This document shows, piece by piece, positions 36,138 through 43,812 of a stretch of 64,000 nucleotides of DNA. Each line of letters opens with the position of its first letter. Within the stretch, counting starts at the first letter, position 1. The notes beneath the pieces are model-generated. The model searched no databases. It worked only from the letters and a program-made list of their open reading frames with translations, and was not told the origin of the DNA. The DNA comes from Candidatus Omnitrophota bacterium (GTDB lineage Bacteria; Omnitrophota; Omnitrophia; Omnitrophales; Aquincolibacteriaceae): contig JBAYVF010000007.1 of NCBI GenBank assembly GCA_041674705.1, positions 1,322 to 65,321 on the forward strand, given 5' to 3'. Both the position numbers and the translations under genes were made by a program.

Positions 36138-37901
36138 TTAGAAACCAGCAGCTTCTCCGCTCGCGCGGGGGTCGCTTTCGCCCTCTATTCTACCAGAACC
36201 CTCTTCAAAACAAACCATTTGCGCAAGTCCGACCGGATCTTCTTTTTCGATATCATGCCCCAAAAGAGCGAGCTTCAAACGGATCATTTCCTGACCATAG
36301 AGCCCGGACTCCATGTGAAGCGCTGTGTCCCGGACCAAAAGCCTTGGAGATTCCACCGCTCCGGAGCAGGACGCGCCAAGATCAAGCTTCTGGACTATCA
36401 CATTAAGAAGCACCGCCGCCGCATCATCCGGACCATAAGCATTCAACAGAAGATCGGGCTTCCCATTTTTAAAAATGAATGTGGGAGCTTCGGATCCGCG
36501 GGGTCTTTGCCCTCCGGAGATAAGTTCCGCGGACCGGGGATCCTTCACAGACGATGGATCCGCGGCAAAATCAGTGAGCAGATCATTGAGAAAAAAACCG
36601 TAGCCCGGAACCTTCAGCGCCGAACCAAAGGCATCTCCCAATGTCGCGGTTAGGATCGCGATATTTCCCTGCGGGTCTACGATCATAATGGAAGATCCCG
36701 CGCGCTTCCTTCCTTTCTCGGCCCCAGCCACTTTCATCTCATCGGATTTTAAAACCCGATCAAACTGAATGGTATTCATCCGGTCTTGCGCCCATGTTTC
36801 CGAAAGGAGTTCGTTCAGCGGAATATCAAAAAGATCCGGGTCGGCAACCCCTGAGCGCTTCGAGAAGGCGACCTTCTGGATTTCTCCGAGGATATGGTAT
36901 GTCTCCGGCACCTGCCCAAATCCGGGGATGCCAAAACGGGAAAGAAGATTGAGCCCGCGAAAAAGCATCACGCCTCCGTCGGCCGGAGGTCCCGCGCTGA
37001 AGAGATCGTATCCCTGATAAGTGACATGAAGGGGATCCCGCGCCGCGATCGTATAACCCTCAAGGTCCTTTTCATCCAAGAGGCCTGCCCGATAAACATT
37101 CTTACGAACAGCGCGCGCTATCTCTTTCGCGACCACACCGCTATAAAAAGTCTTCGCCCCCTTCGTCTGGATCAGACGGAACGCCTTGGCAAGTTCGGGT
37201 TGAGAGAGTTTTTTCCCGGCTTCGAGAGGAATTCCATTCTCGAAAAAAACCGACTTCGCGGAGTCCAAAAGCGCCAATCTTTTCGAATTTTCACGAAGCG
37301 CTTCCGCAAGGGCCTGCGACACTTCGGCTCCTTCTTCCGTATAACGGATCGCCGGATCCATCAGTTTCGCAAAAGGAAATTTATGCGTTCCGTATTTAGC
37401 ATGAACCTCTTCGGTTAATTTTAAGAGTCCCGGAACACCGACCGAAAGCCCGCCTGTGTTTCTTTCCGGTTGATAAGGAAGTGGTTTGCCAGTCTCGCCC
37501 AGGAACATCTTCGGGAAGGCTTTGCCGGGGGCCTTAACACTTCCATCGAAAGAGAGAATGCGCCGGGTGCCCACATCATAAAAAAGAAAAAGGCCGCCGC
37601 CCCCGATCCCGGACGCCTGCGGCTCGACCACATTGAGCACCCATTGGGCTGTCACAGCCGCGTCGACTGCATTCCCGCCCTGTTTCAGCACTTCTAAGGC
37701 GGCTTGCGTCGCGCGTGGATCCGGAGTAATGACCATGGCTTTTTCGCCTGCGGCGGCATGCAGCTCCGGAAAGAAAAGGACGGTGAGGAGAAGAACAAGT
37801 AAGGCGGAAGGCGTACGGCGTACGGAGAAAATTTTTAAAAAAAAGCTCTTAAAAAACGCCGTACACCGTACTCCGTACGCCGTATCCAAGAGAATTTTCA
37901 T
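36138..37901 (-). CDS. ggt: Gamma-glutamyltransferase
   Basis: GGNAVDAAV, GIGGGGLFLFY and the autoprocessing site region ...SEAPTFIF(K) are present, and the family length fits. The N-terminal 30 codons are encoded by a GTACGG element, so the start is uncertain. Confidence 0.85.
   Translation of the reverse strand: MKILLDTAYGVRCTAFFKSFFLKIFSVRRTPSALLVLLLTVLFFPELHAAAGEKAMVITPDPRATQAALEVLKQGGNAVDAAVTAQWVLNVVEPQASGIGGGGLFLFYDVGTRRILSFDGSVKAPGKAFPKMFLGETGKPLPYQPERNTGGLSVGVPGLLKLTEEVHAKYGTHKFPFAKLMDPAIRYTEEGAEVSQALAEALRENSKRLALLDSAKSVFFENGIPLEAGKKLSQPELAKAFRLIQTKGAKTFYSGVVAKEIARAVRKNVYRAGLLDEKDLEGYTIAARDPLHVTYQGYDLFSAGPPADGGVMLFRGLNLLSRFGIPGFGQVPETYHILGEIQKVAFSKRSGVADPDLFDIPLNELLSETWAQDRMNTIQFDRVLKSDEMKVAGAEKGRKRAGSSIMIVDPQGNIAILTATLGDAFGSALKVPGYGFFLNDLLTDFAADPSSVKDPRSAELISGGQRPRGSEAPTFIFKNGKPDLLLNAYGPDDAAAVLLNVIVQKLDLGASCSGAVESPRLLVRDTALHMESGLYGQEMIRLKLALLGHDIEKEDPVGLAQMVCFEEGSGRIEGESDPRASGEAAGF
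37803..37884. repeat. GTACGG-rich palindromic element, copy 4 (inside the 5' end of the ggt ORF)
   Basis: GGCGGAAGGCGTACGGCGTACGGAG ... CGCCGTACACCGTACTCCGTACGCCGTA. It is translated as ...TAYGVRCTAFFKSFFLKIFSVRRTPSA... Confidence 0.8.
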
Positions 37902-37962
37902 TCGAAAGTTTTCTCCAAAGGAGACAAATAACCGTCACTAAAGCGGCAAGGAAAGTGCGGCG

Positions 37963-38904
37963 CTAGCGGCCCAGGATCTTTTTCGCGGCTTTGATAATAT
38001 GCGGATGGGTGAGGCCGTACTTTTCCAAAAGCTCTTCCGCTTTACCGGATTCCGCAAAGGTGTCTTGGATGGCCACAAAACCCATCTTGCAAGGATGTTT
38101 CTTCGCGAGGAAAGTCGCGATCGCGCTTCCGAGACCTCCCCAGATCTGATGTTCTTCCGCGACAAGAACGTGCCCGGTCCGCTTGGCCTCTTCCAGAATG
38201 AGCTCGGTATCCAGCGGCTTCACGGTGTGCATGTCGATCACGCTTGCGCTGATGCCTTCGTCGGCAAGCCGTTCTGCCGCCTCGAGCGCCTCGAAAACTT
38301 CCAAACCATTGGCGATGATCGTCAGGTCTTTCCCTTCGCGCAACCGGACGCCTTTGCCGATCTTAAAATCCGTGCCGGCTTTGTGGACGACCGGGGCTTT
38401 CGGCCTGCCCGTTCGAATATAAACGGGACCCACATATTTCGCGGTCTCAAGAACCAGCGCCCGCGCGGAAACTTCATCCGCAGGGATCATCACAACGAAC
38501 CCGGGAAGGCTCGTCATAAGAGCCACATCTTCGATCGACATTTGTGAAGCGCCATCTTCCCCGACCGTGATACCGCCGTGGGAACCGACGACTTTTACGT
38601 TGAGCTCCGAAAAGGCGACGCCCATGCGGAACTGATCGAAGCCTTTGCTGACCAGAAAAGACGCAAAGCTTGAGATAAAAGGGATCTTCCCGCAAGAAGC
38701 AAGCCCCGCGGCCACTCCGACAAGATTCGCTTCCTGGATCCCGACATTGAAGAACCGTTCCGGGAATTTTTCAGAGAAAAGAACCGATTTCGTGGACTTG
38801 GAAAGATCCGCATCAAGGACCACAACCTGCGGATTCATCTTGCCGATCTCGACAAGCGTCTCCCCGTAAGCATCTCGCGTAGCTTTGCCTAAGATTTTGT
38901 TCAC
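37963..38904 (-). CDS. Transketolase, C-terminal (pyrimidine-binding) subunit
   Basis: 313 aa with TRDAYGETLVEIG, FFNVGIQEANLVGVAAGLA and HGGITVGEDGASQ. The start is a GTG at 38902-38904. Confidence 0.9.
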   Translation of the reverse strand: MNKILGKATRDAYGETLVEIGKMNPQVVVLDADLSKSTKSVLFSEKFPERFFNVGIQEANLVGVAAGLASCGKIPFISSFASFLVSKGFDQFRMGVAFSELNVKVVGSHGGITVGEDGASQMSIEDVALMTSLPGFVVMIPADEVSARALVLETAKYVGPVYIRTGRPKAPVVHKAGTDFKIGKGVRLREGKDLTIIANGLEVFEALEAAERLADEGISASVIDMHTVKPLDTELILEEAKRTGHVLVAEEHQIWGGLGSAIATFLAKKHPCKMGFVAIQDTFAESGKAEELLEKYGLTHPHIIKAAKKILGR

Positions 38905-39008
38905 CCCGTTAGATCCTCTCTAAAATAGTAAAATTCGAAAACAATTTCTTCGCCTGAAAATCACCAAAAATTTCCACATCAGCTCCTTTGGTTAAGGATC
39001 TAACGGGG
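38904..39008 (-). promoter_or_regulatory. Leader element copy C between the two transketolase subunit genes (stem with compensatory change)
   Basis: CCCCGTTAGATCC (38904-38916, overlapping the GTG start) is the exact complement of GGATCTAACGGGG (38996-39008). The outer 10 bp match copies A and B. The inner 3 bp differ on both arms in a compensatory way. Confidence 0.5.
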
Positions 39009-39012
39009 CAGG

Positions 39013-39831
39013 TCAAGATAATTCCTTTAAAGCTTTTTCAACTTGTTCGCGCGTCGGAGCGACGCCGTGAAAAGCATTGTTCCCTTCCATGAAGGACACG
39101 CCTTTACCCTTGACGGTATGCGCGATGATCATGACCGGTTGATTTTTGATCTTTTTGGCTTTCTCGACGGCGCGCAGGATCTCTTTCACATTGTGCCCGT
39201 CGATTTCAAAGGTGTGCCAGCGGAACGCCTTCCATTTTGCGACCACAGGTTCCATGTCGCAGATATTTTTCGTGGAATCATCCAGCTGGAATTTGTTGTA
39301 ATCCAGGAATGCGATCAGATGATCGACCTTGTGATGCGCGGCCATCGCGGCCGCTTCCCAGGTCTGGCCTTCGTTCATTTCGCCGTCGCTTGTAATGACA
39401 TAGGTGTAATAATCTTTTTTATCCAGCCGCCGCGCCAGGGCCATGCCGATTCCCATGGAGAGACCCTGTCCCAGGGACCCTGTGGAAGCCTCCACCCCCG
39501 GTAGCTTGCGACGATCCGGATGCCCCTGGAGAGGACTGCCAAGTTTGCGAAAATCGGTCAAAGTTTTGGGATCAAAATAACCGGATTCGGCAAGGGCCGC
39601 ATAAAGCGCGGGGCAAGCATGCCCTTTACTCAGAATAAGACGGTCACGATCCGGCCACTGCGGGTCTTGGGGATTGTGATTCATGAGGTTGAAATAAAGA
39701 GCTACCGTCATTTCGGTAGCGGAGAGGGAACCGCCGGGATGCCCCGAAACCGCGGCTCCGGTCATCTCGACGATGTGTCGGCGAACAAGTTTTGCCTTCG
39801 CCTTAAGTTGCTCTACAGAAAGCTTTTCCAT
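39013..39831 (-). CDS. Transketolase, N-terminal (TPP-binding) subunit
   Basis: 272 aa with SGHPGGSLS, LSKGHACPALYA and GSLGQGLSMGIGMA...SDGEMNEGQ. Confidence 0.9.
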   Translation of the reverse strand: MEKLSVEQLKAKAKLVRRHIVEMTGAAVSGHPGGSLSATEMTVALYFNLMNHNPQDPQWPDRDRLILSKGHACPALYAALAESGYFDPKTLTDFRKLGSPLQGHPDRRKLPGVEASTGSLGQGLSMGIGMALARRLDKKDYYTYVITSDGEMNEGQTWEAAAMAAHHKVDHLIAFLDYNKFQLDDSTKNICDMEPVVAKWKAFRWHTFEIDGHNVKEILRAVEKAKKIKNQPVMIIAHTVKGKGVSFMEGNNAFHGVAPTREQVEKALKELS

Positions 39832-39923
39832 GAATTTATGAATGCCTTGGCTGATTTGTATAGAGGAAAAAGACAGCGAAGTCTAGCGGCTTTCTTGGGT
39901 GTCGTCAATGAATAAAAACGCTT

Positions 39924-39994
39924 CCGTACGGCGGAAGGCGTACGGCGTAACGCGTATTTAGTTTTCGCCGTACTCCGTACGCCCTACGCCGTAC
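39924..39994. repeat. GTACGG-rich palindromic element, copy 5
   Basis: CCGTACGGCGGAAGGCGTACGGCG ... CGCCGTACTCCGTACGCCCTACGCCGTAC, in a divergent intergenic region. Confidence 0.8.
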
Positions 39995-40048
39995 CCGCAT
40001 GTGTGTTTTGCGGATTGAAGCATGGGTCTCAGCGTGATATTCTTACTC

Positions 40049-41173
40049 ATGCCCAAAGAGAATCTTTTGATCATCGCTTCAAGCGAAAAAGACTCGGACC
40101 TTTACTACGCGACAAAATTCATCGCGCCCGACGCCTTCGTTTTCCTCCAATCCCACGGAAAGAAATACATCCTGGTGAGCGATCTTGAGATCGACCGCGC
40201 CAAAAAACAGGCCCGGGTCCACCAAGTTCTTTCAAGCTCCCGCCTCGCCTCGGAATACAAGCAAAAATACAAGAAGGCATGCTCCTTTATAGAGCTTGTT
40301 CTTTATTTTCTGGAAAAGTTGCGCGTCAAAAGCGTTTTCGTCCCCGGAAATTTCCCCGTCCAATATTATGCCCCGCTAAAACACGCCGGTCTCGGGATCC
40401 AGTATAAAAACGGGCTTTTTTTTGAAGACCGCCTGATCAAAGACCCCAGGGAAGTCGCGGCGATCACTCAAGCGCTGCGCGCCACTGAAAAAGCCGCGCG
40501 GGAAGCGATCAAGACCTTGAAAGGCTCGGCGATCCGGAAGAATAAACTTTATTTTAAAGGGAAGCTTCTCACCAGCGACATCCTGAAAAAAGTTATCCAC
40601 AGGTCGCTCCTGGAAAGTGGCTGCGCGGGCGAACACACGATCGTTTCCTGCGGCCATCATTCGATCGACCCTCACGATCAAGGCTCGGGTCCTCTTTACG
40701 CCCACCAGCCGATCATTATGGATATTTTCCCGCGTAGCGAGAAAACACTTTATCACGCGGATTTCACCCGGACCGTGGTCCGCGGCAAAGCATCGCCCGA
40801 ACTCAAGGAAATGTATGCGGCTGTGAAGGAAGGCCAGAACATCGCCTTCAAGATGATCCGTGGCGGGATCGCCACTAAAAAGGTCCATGGAGCTATTCAG
40901 GCGAGGTTTACGCAACTTGGCTTCAAAACAGAGGTTAAGCATGGTCGCATGCAGGGCTTTTTCCATAGCACCGGCCATGGTCTGGGCCTCGACATCCATG
41001 AGCCTCCCCGCATCAGCGTGGGAGAAGATATTTTGAAAGCGGGACAAGTTGTTACTGTCGAACCCGGACTTTATTACAAAAATGTCGGCGGCGTACGCCT
41101 CGAAGATGTCGTCGTGGTGACAAAAAAAGGCTGCAAGAACCTCACAAAATTCCCGAGACAACTCGAGATCTAG
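40049..41173 (+). CDS. M24-family Xaa-Pro aminopeptidase
   Basis: The pita-bread fold metal motifs are present: PIIMDIF...YHADFTRT and HSTGHGLGLDIHEPP...VVTVEPG...GGVRLED. The start was chosen at MPKENLLII. Confidence 0.85.
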   Translation: MPKENLLIIASSEKDSDLYYATKFIAPDAFVFLQSHGKKYILVSDLEIDRAKKQARVHQVLSSSRLASEYKQKYKKACSFIELVLYFLEKLRVKSVFVPGNFPVQYYAPLKHAGLGIQYKNGLFFEDRLIKDPREVAAITQALRATEKAAREAIKTLKGSAIRKNKLYFKGKLLTSDILKKVIHRSLLESGCAGEHTIVSCGHHSIDPHDQGSGPLYAHQPIIMDIFPRSEKTLYHADFTRTVVRGKASPELKEMYAAVKEGQNIAFKMIRGGIATKKVHGAIQARFTQLGFKTEVKHGRMQGFFHSTGHGLGLDIHEPPRISVGEDILKAGQVVTVEPGLYYKNVGGVRLEDVVVVTKKGCKNLTKFPRQLEI

Positions 41174-41177
41174 AAGG

Positions 41178-41302
41178 AATCAAACTCCAATAATCAAGAT
41201 ACAAGATCCAAACAAACCCCAATCACCAAAAACCAACGATTAAATAATTGGTTATTGGAGTTTGAATATTGCTTGGTTATTGTTTCTTGGTGCTTGGTTA
41301 TT
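41178..41302. repeat. CA-rich / TG-rich composition-skewed inverted repeat
   Basis: The C/A-only-like arm (AATCAAACTCCAATAATCAAGATACAAGATCCAAACAAACCCCAATCACCAAAAACCAAC) faces a T/G-rich arm (GTTATTGGAGTTTGAATATTGCTTGGTTATTGTTTCTTGGTGCTTGGTTATT). CAAACTCCAATAA / TTATTGGAGTTTG is an exact 13-bp match. Confidence 0.55.
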
Positions 41303-41317
41303 AAAGCGAAAGGCTTT

Positions 41318-41587
41318 ATGAAATTTTTAATACATCTTAGCGCGTGGGCAGGCGCCGTCCTTCCCCTTTTCAATATTCCGCTCATGATGCGGATCATCAA
41401 GCGGAAGTCTGCTGACGATATCAGTCTGGTCTGGCTTTTCGGAGTTTGGATCTGCATCCTTCTCATGTCTCCCGCGGCCCTCACTTCGCAGGATTTCGCA
41501 TTCCGCGCCTTCGGCTGGACCAACGTTATTTTTTTTACCGGGGTCGTCATCGTGACCGTGAAGTATCATCATAAATTCAAAAAATGA
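41318..41587 (+). CDS. Small three-TM membrane protein, PQ-loop/SemiSWEET-like
   Basis: 89 aa: MKFLIHLSAWAGAVLPLFNIPLMMRIIKRKSADDISLVWLFGVW... The layout resembles SemiSWEETs, with IPL in place of the PQ motif. The family call is tentative. Confidence 0.4.
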   Translation: MKFLIHLSAWAGAVLPLFNIPLMMRIIKRKSADDISLVWLFGVWICILLMSPAALTSQDFAFRAFGWTNVIFFTGVVIVTVKYHHKFKK

Positions 41588-41647
41588 GTACGGCGGAAGG
41601 CGTACGGTGTAAAAGCTTCTTTCGCCGTACTCCGTACGCCGTACCCC
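41588..41647. repeat. GTACGG-rich palindromic element, copy 6
   Basis: GTACGGCGGAAGGCGTACGGTG ... CGCCGTACTCCGTACGCCGTACCCC. Confidence 0.8.
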
Positions 41648-41661
41648 TTACGGTCTTTTAG

Positions 41662-42036
41662 ATGCATCCCACCTATAAAAGAATGCTCGCGGGGCTTGAG
41701 AAAAAAAAGAAGGCCTCGCGCCGTAAAAAAACGTCCTCCGGCAAGTGGTCCCTTTATATCCTGAAATGCGGCGACGGATCTTTTTACACGGGGATCACCA
41801 ACGACCTCGAACGACGCTTCAAAATGCATCAAGCCGGCAAGGCTTCCCGCTACACCCGCTCCCACGGCCCTGTGGAGATGCTTTATTCGGAGAAATGCGG
41901 CGACCGGTCCAGCGCTCTCATCCGGGAATGTGAAGTGAAGGAATGGCCGCGAACCAGGAAAGAGAAATTAATAAAATCGAGAGACGGAAAACGCGGGACG
42001 TTTTGCAAGGCGGAAGGCGCCGCGCGTGCGGCGTAA
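41662..42036 (+). CDS. GIY-YIG nuclease-family protein (UPF0213-like)
   Basis: WSLYILKCGDGSFYTGITNDLERRFKMHQAG...RYTRSHGPVEMLYSE...ALIRECEVKEW. The last ~10 codons (CKAEGAARAA) are encoded by a degenerate GTACGG-element arm. Confidence 0.8.
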   Translation: MHPTYKRMLAGLEKKKKASRRKKTSSGKWSLYILKCGDGSFYTGITNDLERRFKMHQAGKASRYTRSHGPVEMLYSEKCGDRSSALIRECEVKEWPRTRKEKLIKSRDGKRGTFCKAEGAARAA

Positions 42037-42072
42037 AAATTTTTCCATCGCCGTACGCCTTACTCCGTACGC
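42007..42072. repeat. GTACGG-rich palindromic element, copy 7 (degenerate left arm)
   Basis: AAGGCGGAAGGCGCCGCGCGTGCGGCG ... CGCCGTACGCCTTACTCCGTACGC, between convergent genes. Confidence 0.7.
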
Positions 42073-42074
42073 TT

Positions 42075-42674
42075 TTAATTCAATTGGTCTTCCAGCTTTG
42101 CGGTGAGGGCATCGATCTGCTTTAGAAGATAATCCGGAACAAGATCTTCCTCTTCAAGCTGGGTCTTCGCAGAATTCAAGAAACCAATGAGTCGCCTCAA
42201 AATGGAGCCTCGCTTTTGCTCCTTAAGTTCCGGCGTATCCTTCGGCGCGTGCGTCTCGAGGATCTTCTTCACCTGCGCCCGGACCTCCTTGACCTCCTTG
42301 CCTTCATTGAGGACGTCATTGCGGAGCTCGGCAAATTCGTTGGTGGGGATGTTCTTGTTGTTTTTGGCAAGCCGGAGCACGTTCACCGACTCATAATCCG
42401 GGATCTTCTTGGGCGTTTCTTCTTCCGTATAATCCGGCTTTACGATCCGAGGCTCTTCTTTTTCCAGGAAAGAATAGGACTTGATAAGCTTCGACGCCGT
42501 CGCCTCTTTAATGCTCAGTTCTTTATGACAATAAGTCTCGAACGCCTGATAACCCCATTCTTTGTAGAGCTTGTTCTTATAGATGGAGAAGAGGTGCTGA
42601 CCCAGCTGGATCCAGCTCGCTTTGTGATGCTTGGCGATCTCAACGGTTTTTATTCGCAATTCATCGTTACCCAT
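42075..42674 (-). CDS. Hypothetical protein (charged, helical)
   Basis: About 199 aa from MGNDELRIKTVEIAKHHKASWIQLGQHLF... I recognise no family. The longer ORF start at 42755 would translate hairpin sequence. Confidence 0.55.
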   Translation of the reverse strand: MGNDELRIKTVEIAKHHKASWIQLGQHLFSIYKNKLYKEWGYQAFETYCHKELSIKEATASKLIKSYSFLEKEEPRIVKPDYTEEETPKKIPDYESVNVLRLAKNNKNIPTNEFAELRNDVLNEGKEVKEVRAQVKKILETHAPKDTPELKEQKRGSILRRLIGFLNSAKTQLEEEDLVPDYLLKQIDALTAKLEDQLN

Positions 42675-42693
42675 GATTTTCACCCTATGAAAT

Positions 42694-42773
42694 AGTAAGT
42701 AGTAGGTGGTAAGTAGCATGTAGAAAAACCGTTTCGGTTCACGGCCACCTACCACATACTACCTACTACATAC
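42694..42773. repeat. GTAAGT/GTAGG-unit composition-skewed hairpin
   Basis: AGTAAGTAGTAGGTGGTAAGTAGCATGTAG faces CCACCTACCACATACTACCTACTACATAC. Confidence 0.6.
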
Positions 42774-42777
42774 TTTC

Positions 42778-43725
42778 TTAAATGAATTCCAGATTTACTT
42801 TCTTCGGAATAATTCCGTGCTGATATGCTTCATCAAGCAGCTTTCGAAAGCCGGCTTCCCCGTCTTGGCCGATGTCGAGCGTGCGCTTGTTCACATACAT
42901 GGCCACAAAGCGATCGTTCAAGTCCTCAGAGATCCCACGGCCGAATTGGCTCGCGTATTCTAAGGCATCCTTCCGGTGGTTCAAGGCATATTCGATGCTT
43001 TCTTTAAAGAGGCGGGAAAATCCTTTGATCGTTTCTTCTCCGAGATCGCGGCGGATCACATCGATCCCGAGCGGAAGCGGAAGCTTCGTTTTCTCGTGCC
43101 ACCATCCCCCGAGATCCAGAACTTTTTCCAGCCCATGCTCCGCGTGCGTGATCTGTCCTTCGTGGATCACAAGACCATAATCGGCCTCGCCGCTTTTCAC
43201 CGCGTCGAAAACTTTGTCGAAAGGAACAAAAACAACTTCGTACGGTGTACGGAGTACGGCGGAAGGCGACCTGGATTCTGACTTTGCATACAGCTGGAGA
43301 GCCAGATAAGCAGTAGTGAGCTTGCCGGGAATAGCTATTTTTTGCACGGAGTGCGGAGTGCGGGGCACGGCGTTCGTTTTATGCGTCTCGCCGTACGCCT
43401 CACGCCGTACGAGAATCGGTCCATAATTGTCCCCCACGCTCGCTCCCGACCGCATGACGAGATATCGGTCTGCCAGATAAGCATACGCGTGACAAGAAAC
43501 GGCCGTGACCTCGAGGGAAACCTCCGAGGTTGCGTGCATTCCAACCTCGGAGGTTGGAGAGGTAGAAAGCGCGCGCTGATTGAGGGATTCGATGTCTTCG
43601 ATCACATGTTCGACTTTGAAGCCACGCATATCGATTTTCTCATGCGCCAGGGCATAGAACATGAACGCGTCGTCGGGGTCCGGGCTGTGGCCGACTCGGA
43701 TGAGCTTAGTATCGGGAGTCTTCAT
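42778..43725 (-). CDS. Menaquinone (futalosine-pathway) biosynthesis protein, MqnA/MqnD family, carrying three in-frame repeat insertions
   Basis: IRVGHSPDPDDAFMFYALAHEKID...IEDIESLNQRAL...GPILV...IAIPGKLTTAYLALQLY...DYGLVIHEGQ...LDLGGWWHEKTKLPLPLG matches PF02621-type proteins. The extra segments coincide with palindromic DNA elements. Confidence 0.75.
   Translation of the reverse strand: MKTPDTKLIRVGHSPDPDDAFMFYALAHEKIDMRGFKVEHVIEDIESLNQRALSTSPTSEVGMHATSEVSLEVTAVSCHAYAYLADRYLVMRSGASVGDNYGPILVRREAYGETHKTNAVPRTPHSVQKIAIPGKLTTAYLALQLYAKSESRSPSAVLRTPYEVVFVPFDKVFDAVKSGEADYGLVIHEGQITHAEHGLEKVLDLGGWWHEKTKLPLPLGIDVIRRDLGEETIKGFSRLFKESIEYALNHRKDALEYASQFGRGISEDLNDRFVAMYVNKRTLDIGQDGEAGFRKLLDEAYQHGIIPKKVNLEFI
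43239..43268. repeat. GTACGG-rich element, copy 8a (intragenic, half-element)
   Basis: CGTACGGTGTACGGAGTACGGCGGAAGGCG lies inside the mqn ORF and is translated ...SPSAVLRTPYEVV... Confidence 0.75.
43344..43411. repeat. GTACGG-type palindromic element, copy 8b (intragenic, GCACGG/GTGCGG variant)
   Basis: GCACGGAGTGCGGAGTGCGGGGCACGGCG ... CGCCGTACGCCTCACGCCGTACG lies inside the mqn ORF and is translated ...AYGETHKTNAVPRTPHSVQ... Confidence 0.75.
43521..43553. repeat. Perfect 12-bp inverted repeat inside the mqn ORF
   Basis: CCTCCGAGGTTG (43521-43532), a 9-nt loop, then CAACCTCGGAGG (43542-43553). It is translated ...PTSEVGMHATSEV... Confidence 0.8.
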
Positions 43726-43774
43726 GGGAGAGGAATATAGGGGAAGTTCAAGGATTGGTCAATCTATCAACCAT

Positions 43775-43812
43775 GTACGGTGTAAAAACTTTTTCGCCGT
43801 ATTCCGTACGCC
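43775..43812. repeat. GTACGG-rich palindromic element, copy 9 (short)
   Basis: GTACGGTG ... CGCCGTATTCCGTACGCC, immediately downstream of the giant-ORF stop. Confidence 0.65.

Noticed and set aside
38920-38979. 19-aa ORF (MWKFLVIFRRRNCFRILLF) inside leader element C with an upstream AAGGAG
   Set aside because: The SD-to-ATG spacing is only 3 nt, and no equivalent ORF exists in copies A or B, so it is probably fortuitous.
41662-42036. GIY-YIG protein as a mobile homing endonuclease
   Set aside because: It is the short stand-alone UPF0213-type protein. No intron or intein context, no flanking repeats attributable to it, and no DNA-binding extension are present.
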